A stretch of 63,333 nucleotides of DNA, counting the filler, from Vannella sp. (Eukaryota): assembly GCA_023345925.1 (NCBI GenBank). It is 8 parts of 8 records of this genome, joined end to end, with 100 filler letters (N's around TTAATTAATTAA, not from the genome) between each part and the next. Parts side by side here need not be neighbours in the genome. Positions count along the whole stretch, not along the records: positions 30,138 to 41,143 come from JAJQQN010001269.1; positions 41,244 to 51,247 come from JAJQQN010000075.1; 6 more parts are not named here. The stretch is one strand, 5' to 3'. The notes under the pieces were generated by a model that was not told where the DNA came from, did no database searches, and saw only the letters and a program-made list of their open reading frames with translations. Numbering within the stretch: the stretch's first letter is position 1; each line of letters starts with the position of its first letter. Shown piece by piece: positions 30,138-41,696 of the stretch. A program made the translations under genes and the position numbers.

Positions 30138-31226
30138 ATCTCAACAATAGCGACAACACTCCTAATACTTGTTTCTCTGTGCACCGCTGTGATGACCAAG
30201 TCAATTTCTCCCACAGCTTTTCCCTCCAGCATCCATAGGGCTGACGTAGAATAGCCGTAATAGTGATATTGGCGCTTAATACGATCAGGTAGAAGTCGAG
30301 TAACCATATGGAAGACCAAATCTGCGTTCTCTTCAAAGAGATCGCCGCGAGTGACTCTCTCAAATCCCACTTGTCGGTCAATATCTTGGAACTCTTGGGC
30401 AAGACTTTGACATCCAGTTTGCTCCCAAAGTTGAATAATGCGAGAGTATCGAACGAATTCATCGTCCTCTTGAAGGGTTTTCAGCATAATCTCTGCATCT
30501 TTCATCTTCTTAAGATAATTATTCTCTTTCTGTTGGATGATCAGTTGAAGCCTAGCCTCTACTACCTCCGGACTTTGAATCTTTTTGCTGATGCCTCTCC
30601 TGATTTGCTCTCTCTTCTCGGGAGTCAGTTCCTCTTCAGCAGTCTTTGTGGAAGACGCAAGTTGCCAAGCCAGGAATGCTTTACCAGGTACCAAAGCCTC
30701 CTTGCTTTTGATCATCTTTGAGAAAGGGAAGTGAGGCGGTTCGCCTTCCTGCACTGGAAAGCCCAGGAACTGAAGAAGCTCTTTCAGGGGGGCAGAATCT
30801 CTCTCCCATCGACGTTGAAGCTCCTGTTCACAGCGGAGCAAGCAGAGGCTCCTTGGAGATTGCGCGAAAACCTATTTGGTCTCAAGGGTGAGATGACCCT
30901 CGAGGGAGGGAAGAGGGAGGGCGCACCTTGCACACTCTCTCACAGAACACTTGGAACTCGTCCACGTTCGGTTCATAGACTCCAGTGGATGGGAACCGAT
31001 CAAACAGGTTAGAAACGTGCTTCCGTAGATCATCCTGGCACAGTATCAAGGAACGAGCCACCAGTGAGGAAGGAAGCAACCCGAAGCGCCGTCCTAAAGT
31101 CAGCGCGTACGCTACCGCCCCAACCAGTCGGATACGCCCACTTTGATCCTCCCTCAACGACTGAGGAAACGCAGAAGCAAGTGAGCGCACCACAAGATAA
31201 CCGAACAGTCCAAGGGAGCACCACAT
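30138..31226 (-). CDS. Uncharacterised protein with PD-(D/E)XK-nuclease-like C-terminal motifs, 3'-truncated
   Basis: Two exons join in frame via an intron at about 30872-30926; RGDLFEE...GEIDLVI...VVAIVE at the break. Confidence 0.6.
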
Positions 31227-31375
31227 CCCCGCCCCTTCTGCCATCGGCATCCCAAAAAATGGCGAATTTTCATTCTTTTATGATTCCAAAGTTTGTTCGT
31301 CACTTGGCAGTGGGAGGAGATGGAGAGGGTCGGAGCTCAGGTGGAAGGAAAGCTTTATTGAGGGAGAGGAGGAAG

Positions 31376-34300
31376 TTAAGCGAAGCTGCCAAAGTTGCCC
31401 ATGTTAGGCAACAAGCCCATCATGGTTCCAGGGCCGGCGAAGCCGCCCGTGTTGGGGGGCATTGAACCAAAGCCGCCGTCGGGTTGGGCCATTTGCATTG
31501 GCATACCTCCCATGGGGTAGCCAGGAGGCATTCCACCCACAAAACCGCCCATCGCAGGCTCGTTTCCAGGAGCCATGGGCTGGGGTTGGGACTGGGGGAG
31601 TACACGTCCTTCAACCTCCTTCAGGCGCTGGTTCATGTTGAACATGGTTTGAATGAGGAAGGGCATCGCAAAGTCCATCATCCCGTTCTTCCAAGCAAGC
31701 TCCAAAACAACATCAGGAGCCACCAAATCGTAGCAAGTGTAGAGGCAAGCAGCAAAGCAGTCCTTGCGGCCCTCTTCCACGAAGAACTTGAGCACGTTGC
31801 TCACTAACTCTTCGTTCTTGGAGGCAGCGGCAGTGGCAATGACATCCTTCCACTGCTCGTCCTTCTTGGAGATGGCAATGGACTTCTGCCACTTGCTGTT
31901 CTGCTTGAAAAGGAGAGCAGCGATGCGGCGGAACTCAATCAAATCGTGGGCTTCCATGCGAGTAGCCAAGTCAATGGTGTCAATGTTGCTGTAGCTCTCA
32001 ATCGAGGAGCGGAGGTTCTCAAAGTCCTCCTCCTCAATGTAAAGCTCGTTGATAGCATTGTTGACAGCGGCGATGTTGTCACGCTGAATGGAGAGCAAGT
32101 AAGGTTTGATCAAAGGCAGATGGCCAAGCTTGCGCAACAAATTGATGACTCGGGTGTGGTCCACGCGGGTCACCAACACGGAAAGAATGTCGTTGAGGAA
32201 AGTGGGATACTCCTCCAGATAGAATTGGATGGCCTTGTAGCAGATCTCGGCACTGGCAACCTTGGGGATGATGTCCTTGAAGATTCCATGCTCCCAAGCC
32301 TCTGCAGAGTGCTCAATCATCACCACGCAAGCGTTATCGAACTCGTTGCGGTTGACATAAAGGAAGGTCAACTCGGCCCATTGGTGGTTGCGCTCGCACA
32401 CGCGAAGGACCTTCAGCATGTTGAGGCGGCTGTGGAAGATACGAAGATGCTCCATCAGCTTCTCGGGCTTGTACTTGGAGTACAGAATGGCCAAGGCAGT
32501 GAACATGGGAGGGTGTGAGCGATCAGAGATAAGACCAGCCTCCAACACAGCAATGATCTCCTCAAAGTAGCCCAAGTTCTCGTAGTACTGGACGATCTCA
32601 TCGAGCTCATCGGGACGGACAATCAGGTGCAGGCCGCAGATTTGGGCAAGGCGGAACTGCTTTGCGTCAACACAAGCAATGCACACCTCCTTCCAAGTGC
32701 GGGTGTTACCAGCCTTTGCAGCAGCATCCACTCCCGCGGAGTACTCTTCCAGCTTGACCAAGGTCGTGGCCAAACGTGCAAAGTTGGGAATGCTGTTGAA
32801 AAGCAGCTTTGCAGCTTTGTAGAGACCTTCAGTGTAGCAGCGATCTCCCACAGTCTGGATGTTGGCGCAGTTGGGGCCGTTGACAAAGTCGTCGAGGTCA
32901 CGGAGATTGTCAGTCTTGGCCATGGCCCAAATGAGTTCGGTCTCGACGGTTGGGTCCTTGCCCTTGGTGCGGCACATTTGCAAGAAGCGGACCAGCTCCA
33001 GGTAGAGATCAGCTTCTTCTGCAGCATCAATGACCTCGTTGTAGTATTGGTGGTCGGATGCCTTGATGAAAGATTCCATTGCCTCCTTGACAAGCTTCTT
33101 ATCCAATTGAGCCTTACCCAAGCGAGTGTACACTTCAGGAGAGTTAATGCGGTCAGCAAACTCGTTAGCGCGCTCTACATTGTCGATATGCTCAATCAAG
33201 ACATCGACAGCTTGTGCGTGGTATTGAGCCTTCTTGAAGATGACAAAGGCTTCCTCGAACAAACGGCTTTCGATAGCAATGTTGGCAATGTCGGGAGCAT
33301 CATAAGAGTCAAGGCGGTTGACGTAATCCATCACCTTGGAGGTGTCAGCCTTGATGGCAGTGAGAATCAGAAGGTTCTGAAGGTAGCGGTTGCCAGCAAA
33401 GTCGCTGCATTCGAAGACAATCTTCTCCAAAAGCTCCAGAAGCTCATTTGGTAACTCAGCTGACATGAAGGCCTTCACAGCGACGGAGATGGCATCTGGG
33501 TTTCGGCACTCAGGAAGGGCGGTTTGCACGATTTGGTCCATAACGCCGCGACGGAACTCCTCGTTTTCAGACCCAGTCAGGACGAAGCTCCATAACTCAT
33601 CACTCTGGCGTTCCACGAGGTAACGGGCTTGCGCTCGGAAGAGACCATGACGGTTGGTGGCTGCAACCAGCTCCATGTCACATTGTCCTCTGCGGTAAGC
33701 AACAACTGCGAGGTGGGGATCACGAGACTCACAATATCGACCAACAGCGACGCTATCGTAGTATGGGTTGCTCAAAAGGAACTTCTCAGGCTCCTTGTTA
33801 AGATCCACGCAGATGTACGCGAGAGCGTTGTGTGTGGCAGGCTCAGTGTTGCCATCCTTAGAGATGCGATCTTCCAGCCAGTTGAGGATGATCTTGGTTC
33901 GATTGCGCTTCTCGACTTGCTCAACAAGCTCAGCAACAGGGCAAGCATTGCCCACAGACTGCAAGAGCCCTTTGATGTACTCCTCGTTACAATCGTCATC
34001 CAGCAAAGCAGCAACAACAGCGGGTGTCTGGGAGGCATTGACCTTCTGAAGGTAGACCTCAATGTATCGCAGAAGGTTGTTCTTGTAAAGATAGTGAGTC
34101 AATTCATCCACAAAGCCGTGGCGGTCGCACACAACAATGAGAGGGACTTGGTCAGAAAGCTTGGCCTCCATCAAGAAGTCACGAACGCGCTGTGCGTCGT
34201 AATAATTGGACTCTTTCACCATTCGCTCAACCTCGCTGACTTGATTGACGCGAACAGCGGCTTCAATGTACTTGAAATGCACTTCGGGGTCTTGAGTGAA

Positions 34301-36667
34301 ATTGATGAGCTGCTGGAGGAACATGAAAAGACCATCGTAAGCCTTGTTAGCCTCAAATAGATCGACCAGGGTCGAGGCTCCCAACTGATCTGCGTACTTG
34401 GCAGCGATGAGCACAATCACTTGCATGTTCTGGCTCTTGTTCTTCAGCAAGGTCTTCAAACACTCGATGGACTCTTCCAGAGAAAGAGTGCCAAAGAACT
34501 GGATGAGGAAGTCTGGGCTGATAGAAGGAGCGAATTGCAACACGCGCTTGATGTCAGACAACTCAACGTAGTGTTCAAGAGCACGTTGGTAGAGGCCAGC
34601 CTTCTCGAGAAGCTTGGCAATGTACGGACGATCGTAGTGCTGGTAAGTGTTGTTCTGGAGGATAGCATCGGCCACCTTCGCATAACCATTGACCAAGTTG
34701 ATCTCCAAAAGCTTGGTCTGCAAAGCACCGTTCTCGGGTGTGCTCTCTTTCAACACGTCGAGGAGGAGCGAATTGCTCTCTTCCACCAGCTTGTGCTGCA
34801 TGAAGAGGTCCACAACTGCGTTCACATCGACGAAAGCGCCATCAGGGTCAGTGATTAGGAGGGTGGCCAACTGCAGGGCGCCTTGGCTGCTGATCGAAAG
34901 AACGTTTTGGAGCAAGTAGAGCCAATCGGGCGAATAGCTGACTTTCTTGGCGTAGGCTACGATCTTATCGAACTGCCCAGTCTCGGCAAAGCAGGCGATG
35001 ACCTTGTGCTTGACCTCAGCCTTGTAATACGCCATCAAAGCCAAACGAATGTCGATTTGACGAATCAAGTCACCGAGCTCCTCGCTGCAACCAAGCTTGT
35101 CCTCTTGCAACCACTTCTCGATCAATTCCTTGCGGCCCTGCTGAAGGACGGGGCGGGTCAGCTCCAGAGACTCAATGGCATTAAGCTTTCCTCGCTCCAA
35201 CAGAATACTGAAGTACTGCAACAAGGGAGTAGGCTGTCCAGGGATAGCTGTTGCAGTCTTGAAGCGTTGGATCGTCTGCGTGGTTCGGAGGACCTCTTTA
35301 GGCGACTCTAAGGCCACACGGGCGGCGCCTTGGTAGTCTCCCGCCTGGAACAACGCGTTGAATTGCTGCACAAAGAGCTCGTCCGCACCAGGGAAGTTGT
35401 TCTTCGATGCGATGGCGATCGCCAGAGGGATGTTGTTGAGCGTCTTGCAAATGTACGGGACAATGTTGTTCTCATCTACTGACACGGACAGGACCTGACC
35501 TGCGTTGTTAATACCAACGAGACCATTAGTGGCTGTGTGGCGGCAGGTAGTGAAGATGGTGTGTGTGGTGATGCGGTTGACGTAAAGAGTCGCTCCCGTT
35601 TGAAGGTCGAACATGTACAGATAGCCGTACTTAGAGATCATGAAGATCATGTTGAACTTCTCACTGGTCTGCATAGCCACAGGGAAGTCATTGGGTGTCT
35701 CCTTGGGGAAGAAGAAGTCGACGATCTTCTTCTGGAAGGTAACCTCTGTTCCCACCTCCAAGACGAACAACTGGGCGACAAAAAACATAAAAATAGTCAG
35801 ACACCACCTGCACGAGCCTCTTGGGCAGAGGAGGGAGACTCACCTTCGCGCCCGCTTCGCTTTTGTTGGCAAAAGAGAAGAGAGTAGTGGGTGTACTTGA
35901 CCCAGGGAGAGTCACACGAGTGAAAGCGCCGCAGTGTCCCTCAATAGGTTGAGAGACATTCTTGTCAATCGAGTGCATCTGCATCGCACCGACGATGCGG
36001 TTGTCCACCATGGAGATACCAACAAGGAGCAGCCACTTCTGAGTGAGGTCGCTGGTGTAGTTGATAATCTGAGCACCTGCAAGGTTGGCAGTACGGTCGA
36101 AGATCTTGGTAGGAGGCTGGTTGCCTGAACAACGGTTGAGCGACGAAAGGACAACAACGGCAGGTGTTCTCACCTTCAAGGGACCAGTGGAACACAGACC
36201 TATCAGTCACGATAGCGAGTGTGTTGTTGGAGATCCACTTCCAGAAGACGACGGCCTCGGTCATGGTGTAGTCCTTCAGTTTCAGTTTCTCTTCAATGTT
36301 GTAAATTTGCAACACCTGACCAGCTACATTCACGTGTGAGTTGAGGGCGAGAGGATAGAGGAGGACAGACCGCGAAGGGAGAGGATCTTCTGAGCAGGGT
36401 GGACGAGGATGGAATCGGCGGTGATGGGGAACTTGACAGGGTTGGTAGGATTAGACACATCTACGATAACAGCCACTGGCGCAGCACCTGAAGTATCCTT
36501 CACGCAAATGTATTTGTCCGACTGCATGGTGCAGTTCAAGAACGAGAACGAGGCAGCGGGCAAGCCCAACGAAGCCAACTGCCGTCCCCCATATCAGCAC
36601 CCATGGGTCTCCTCACCCATTCTCCACCTACATTCAGCAACTCTTGGTAGCGAATCGGGTGCCCCAT
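31376..36667 (-). CDS. CLTC: Clathrin heavy chain (multi-exon)
   Basis: MGAPIRYQE, TMQSDKYICV, DFPVAMQ, PLLQYFSILL, CHC repeats, LELAWKNGMMDFAMPFLIQ. Confidence 0.99.
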
Positions 36668-36873
36668 CGTCCACAAGCAACAGAGGGAGAACAAGTACTG
36701 AACACAAAAGCGACGTCACCAGAACCATAAATTCCGGGGTGTATAAAATTCATTAAAAATCCAATTATTATCGTCGGCAAAAAGGGGGTCAATAATGATC
36801 TCAGGGTTTGGGGATGGTGGAGGACTGGAAGACCAAGACAAGGCTATGAATACAAAGAGAAGAGGTTGTGGGG

Positions 36874-37176
36874 TTAGTGGTCAAGCCAGATGCCTTCTTG
36901 AATGGCGCCTTGCCAAGCGCTGAGTTGTATCTCGTCTGGAGGGATGAAGTACCATGTCCTTTCAGACGTTCTTAATTCAATGCAATTGGGCTTCTCCAGA
37001 GACTGTGTGATGGCACACTGCGGCGTTAAGTAGATGGTCCCAATATGCTCCCCGCCTTGTTCCGCGTAGTACGCTAACGAGTTCCCCTTCAACACAAAGT
37101 ACCGTTTCTTCCACGTCTTAAACTTTGCCCCCAGCTTCTTCATGTATCCCTCCTTCTGCAAGACGGTCGTGTTCAT
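36874..37176 (-). CDS. Stand-alone PH-domain protein (~100 aa)
   Basis: KEGYMKKLGAKFKTWKKRYFVL...LAYY...WQGAI. Confidence 0.9.
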   Translation of the reverse strand: MNTTVLQKEGYMKKLGAKFKTWKKRYFVLKGNSLAYYAEQGGEHIGTIYLTPQCAITQSLEKPNCIELRTSERTWYFIPPDEIQLSAWQGAIQEGIWLDH

Positions 37177-37267
37177 GGCCACACCCTGTTCCGGGACAAT
37201 TAACAATGAACCAGCTTCCCAACAAAACGGTGAATATCTTGTATTTATAATCATAATTCACACACAT

Positions 37268-38527
37268 TTATTGCTTGGCGCGCATGGCACGATATTCGCC
37301 ATTGAGGAAAATGGTGTCTCTCATGATGATGCTGAGGGATTGGATGTCGACAATGCGTAGGAGGAACTGGAGGCCCAGGGCAAAGTAGCCTTGGTTGCGG
37401 ATGACGCAGTTGAAGCGGCCAGTGTTGGCAATCATGTCGCCGGCGATGGAGTAGGGGGAGGAGCTGGTCTTCTCTGCAGGTTTGGTGAGAAGTCGCTGTG
37501 TTGTGGGCTTGGGACTTACTGAAGAAGTTCATCGAGGAGGAGTCTTTCACAGAGTCGTTACTGTAGAAGTTGGTGTTAACAGGAGACGGGTGCATCACAA
37601 AAACATCGATCCCGTCCGCTATGGAAGGCCATCAGCCCTCTTTCTCTCGATGACAAGGAGTCGGACTTACGGCGGAGTTCACTAGCAAGAGATGTGGCAA
37701 AGTTGGTCAAGAAAGCCTTCGTTGCGCCATACAGAGCGGCCATTGGACCAGGCATCTGACCAGCAGGGGAGGAGGTGAAGCTGAGGCAGCCTTTAAGCTT
37801 CTTCTCCACCATCTTGGTGGCAAAGTGGTGAGCGATATAGACAGCTGTAGTGCTATTAACGTTGTAGTTGGTGATCTGAGCTTGCAAAGAGAGCTTAGTG
37901 AAGAGCCCAAAGAGGATGTAGCCCGCATTGTTAAAGACAATCTGCACGTCGATGTCCTTTGTAGCTTCAGAGATCTGTTGTAGTGCCTCTTCTGGTTTGG
38001 AGAGGTTCACACCGATGGCTCTGAACTCCTGAGAGGGATATCTGGAGTACAGTCGTGAGTGATCATCCCTTGGCGACCAGGAGGCTCACTTCTCCACAAG
38101 AGACTGGTGGAAGTTGCGGAGGAGGTCATCATCGAGTGCAGCAATGACAATGTTCAGTTTCTAGCCAAGAAGAGAGAAGGAGGTGAGAGCTGGCGCGACT
38201 GGGGATGAGGGAATGGTCTTACCTGTTCAGCAAGGTGCTCGCAGAGGCCACGGCCGATACCAGAGGATCCTCCAGTGACCAAAGCCCACGAAGCATTGTA
38301 CTTTTTCTGCTCAGAGTCAGACTAGGCACCGTAAGGCCTATCCCCAACCGCAAGACCTTACCTTTAGATCCTGCGGCCCATTCAGGGTCTGCAATAGGAC
38401 AGGTACTACACACTAGATCAATACCAGCCCCCCTCCGTCTCATCTTCTTACGCAGGAAGGTAAACAAGGCCAAACCAATCACCCCAAACACAACCGTTTG
38501 GAGGATGGAGCAGACAAAGTCCAGCAT
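37268..38527 (-). CDS. Short-chain dehydrogenase, 3-ketoacyl-CoA reductase/17beta-HSD-like (multi-exon)
   Basis: N-terminal TM, QDLKKKYNASWALVTGGSSGIG, FNNAG, YGATK catalytic motif. Confidence 0.88.
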
Positions 38528-38661
38528 CCTCAAAAGAAATGATTCAATACTCCATTCACAATGCCTGAAGCAAAAAATGGGGAAAGAGGAAAAAATGGCG
38601 GGAAAATGGGTTTGCGCGGGGCAGCGGCTTGAGCGTTTCATTTGCTTGCTGGGAGGTTGCT

Positions 38662-40011
38662 ATGTCGGGGAATAGCGCGTTCTTTTGGCCTATGTTGAAG
38701 CCGTCTGAGTTGGCAACGTGTTTGAACCAGTGTCAACTCTCGGTAACGGACAAGGACATCAGTCACCCGAACACGGACACGTTGATGGAGATCTACACGA
38801 CTCTTTGCCTTCTCATCGCGGGAGAGAGTTCTGAGGACTTTGATAACCCTTGTTTAGAAGCGATTGAAGAGGCTGAAATCTCCCAATTGAGTCTGTATCA
38901 AGAGGGAATGTGCGAGTTGGCCATCTACAACTCGATAAAGAAGCTCATGCGGGCCGCTGCGATCCCCAACTTCTCCATTCAGAACGACTTACTGGAGCCT
39001 GCTGGTAACCGTACCATCTTCAACCTCTCTGGGTTGATTAACTTTGCCAAGTTCCGTGAACACCGTTTGGCTTTCTACTCCCAGCTCACACAGGAGTCTG
39101 AGGACCTGATAGCTCATCGAGAACAACAACTGGAGTACCAAGAGCAACTGAAAGAGAGACTACGCCTCCTACAGAGAGAAGCTGAGGAGTCAAGACCCGT
39201 GTTACAGCAGATGACGGAGCAGAAAGCCGCTCTTATACAGGAAGCCAACGAATACAACCGAAAACAAACACAACTATGCGAAGAGAGCGCGCGGATGAAG
39301 GCCCAGAACCAAGAATACGCAGACCGCATCCAAAGCATCCAAGCTGTGATCGAAACCACTCAAGGCCAACTCCCTCAACTACGCAGTGGCATCTTAGACA
39401 AACCTGAGCAAGTCGTAGAACTGATCGCCAGCCTCCAAGAGAGCATCACCAAAGAGAAAGAGTGCAAGTCAGTTCTGGAACGCAAAAACTTGCATTTCCG
39501 GACCAAGCAGGAGCAACTTGCCAAACTTCAAAAGGAGCTTGAGAAGTGCATTGAGCTTCTTGAGAAGTGTAAGTTGGAGTGGGACAACAGCAAGGCGTGC
39601 AACAAAGAGAATAGTAACTTGCTCTCTTCTGTGAATGAGGTCAAACAGAAGCATCTGGATGCCAAACGGAACATGGAGTTGCACGAGAAACAGCAGACTT
39701 TGGCTATCCAACGTCTGGAGCAGTCTTCTGAGAAGTACAGGGAGAAGATTGGTCAACTGACAAAGGAGCTGGCTGAGCTGGACAGGTCTTACAAGCTCTC
39801 TGTGAAGCGGGCGAACACAGAACTCCATCAAAAGATCGAACATCACCGTACGACAGCGCGGGAGATTGAAAGCAACTTGCAAACCCTCTCACGCGACCAT
39901 CATCTATTCATTTCTACTCTCCACGAGCAGATTGACCTTCTTTTCAATGCTCTGGCCGAGTTTCACGGAGAAATCTTGGACCAGATTGACCAGTTTACCG
40001 ACTTTTCGTGA
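38662..40011 (+). CDS. NUF2: Kinetochore protein Nuf2
   Basis: WPMLKPSEL...DISHP, DLLEP...LSGLINFAKFRE, then a long coiled coil. Confidence 0.92.
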   Translation: MSGNSAFFWPMLKPSELATCLNQCQLSVTDKDISHPNTDTLMEIYTTLCLLIAGESSEDFDNPCLEAIEEAEISQLSLYQEGMCELAIYNSIKKLMRAAAIPNFSIQNDLLEPAGNRTIFNLSGLINFAKFREHRLAFYSQLTQESEDLIAHREQQLEYQEQLKERLRLLQREAEESRPVLQQMTEQKAALIQEANEYNRKQTQLCEESARMKAQNQEYADRIQSIQAVIETTQGQLPQLRSGILDKPEQVVELIASLQESITKEKECKSVLERKNLHFRTKQEQLAKLQKELEKCIELLEKCKLEWDNSKACNKENSNLLSSVNEVKQKHLDAKRNMELHEKQQTLAIQRLEQSSEKYREKIGQLTKELAELDRSYKLSVKRANTELHQKIEHHRTTAREIESNLQTLSRDHHLFISTLHEQIDLLFNALAEFHGEILDQIDQFTDFS

Positions 40012-40209
40012 GTTTGTTCTTCTCTCTTTCCCTGTACGACCAATACACTCCATTTCCTTCCTTCTGAGCTTATCTCTAGCTGCTGGAATGTTCCCTATCG
40101 TCTATCTGGATGGACATTCGTTTGAAAAAGAAGAGAAAGTGAGACAAAATAGTCCATTTGAGGTCAAGGTCAGTTCCTTTGTCATTGTTGGATGAGAGGC
40201 TTCCTTAAC

Positions 40210-41016
40210 TCAGTTAGGAGCGAAGAGAGAGCGTTGAGTAATGGTGCTGGCAATGGTGGGGTAGTTGTCAATAAGCATGGCGAAGCAGTTTACAGCAGCG
40301 GTTTTCTTTGCTTCCCCTTCCTCAGGGCTCCAAGCGGCTTCGGTTTCAGGAGAGGGCTCGAGAAAAGAAGAGGAAATCCGCTCCGAGAATGTCTTTTGGA
40401 GGTTCATCCGATCAATGTCGTCTTGAACTTGGCTCAGAAGCGTGTTAAAGGTTTTGCAAATCCTCAGGAGAGAGGTTCTAAGAAGGAAGTGCAAGTTGAA
40501 GAGCAGCTCTGAGACAGTTTCTCGCCATTCGGACTGGTCTCGGCTGGTGCTGAAGGTTTCTTGTGCTTCCACAAATCTCTCAAACTTCGAAAAGGTGCAC
40601 AAAGGCTCTGGCAAGATGTTCATAAAGTACAGAAGTATAGTGACAATGTCAGTTGCTGTCAAGGGCGCCAAATTGACGCGTTTTTGGTGCCTAGACTTGG
40701 GAGAGGAGAAGAGACCGAGAATGGCGACGAGTTCAGGGTTGCTCTCAGCTCTCTCCAGATCAACTTGAGACAATGTTTCAACCCAATTGGTGTCGCCTTC
40801 CTCTTGTAATCTCTCAATGGCTTCACAGCAACTCTCAACAAGAAAGGGGATCCTTGCAGAGGTGAAGTAGACCTTGGGAACGGCTGGAAGCGGGCATCCC
40901 AAGAGCATGTTTCCATCCAACTTGGCTTTCTTCTGGTACCTACGCTGCTTCAAAGCACTTGCACTCGCTCCCACGGCTGTCACGCGAGCAGCTACGTGTC
41001 TGGCCCCTAGCACCAT
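40210..41016 (-). CDS. Degenerate RhoGAP-fold protein
   Basis: IPFLVESCCEAIE and LLYFMNILPEPLCTF; no GxFR arginine finger. Confidence 0.65.
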   Translation of the reverse strand: MVLGARHVAARVTAVGASASALKQRRYQKKAKLDGNMLLGCPLPAVPKVYFTSARIPFLVESCCEAIERLQEEGDTNWVETLSQVDLERAESNPELVAILGLFSSPKSRHQKRVNLAPLTATDIVTILLYFMNILPEPLCTFSKFERFVEAQETFSTSRDQSEWRETVSELLFNLHFLLRTSLLRICKTFNTLLSQVQDDIDRMNLQKTFSERISSSFLEPSPETEAAWSPEEGEAKKTAAVNCFAMLIDNYPTIASTITQRSLFAPN

Positions 41017-41143
41017 CCAAATTTATAGAACAAACTACGAAATCATGCAAACATAAACCACTTTTTTCTTGGCGAAAGTCAACGCAAGGGAATCGAATCG
41101 TCCGTCTCTTTAATCAGAGTGAAAAAATGAAATCAGTCCAAAA

Positions 41144-41243
41144 NNNNNNNNNNNNNNNNNNNNNNNNNNNNNNNNNNNNNNNNNNNNTTAATTAATTAAN
41201 NNNNNNNNNNNNNNNNNNNNNNNNNNNNNNNNNNNNNNNNNNN
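41144..41243. other. Artificial contig linker
   Basis: N44-TTAATTAATTAA-N44. Confidence 0.98.
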
Positions 41244-41696
41244 AACAGAACAACAAGTCAGCTGGTTGTCACCACTGACTTGCCCTCCTCGCCTCCTTCC
41301 TTTGACACTTTCCTTTGGTTGTTTGAAGGAAGCTGTAACAACTTGACTTGCGTGGCCACTCAAGACGACGTTCTTCCTCGTAGGGGATCAGATTTAGCCT
41401 ACTTATTCCAGAAAATACCCAACTGAGTTGACTGACACCACTTCCAACCGTTTCTGTGACTCCTTTGACGACGGAACTGATGCTTCTCGCCTCTTCTCCC
41501 TCTCAAACTCAGTTTCCTTCGGACCAATTCACGAACTTTGCACTTCTTCTGACCGGGATCCTGAAAAGGGTGCCCAAGTGGTTCCCGTTTCCCTGTGAAT
41601 AAGGAATGTTGTAACGAAGGATCTACATTCAAGAGGTAGGAGAGGAGAAGAGGTCTCTCAGCCAACCCTGAGTAAGTCACTTGAACACTGGGCAGC

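Noticed and set aside
31484..35311. Many long plus-strand ORFs opposite clathrin (similarly opposite PPT1, GT7, MTR)
   Set aside because: Antisense shadows caused by codon bias; no recognisable domains.
41244..41690. Possible gene fragment at the contig start (also 51348-51521)
   Set aside because: Too short and ambiguous in strand and frame to call.
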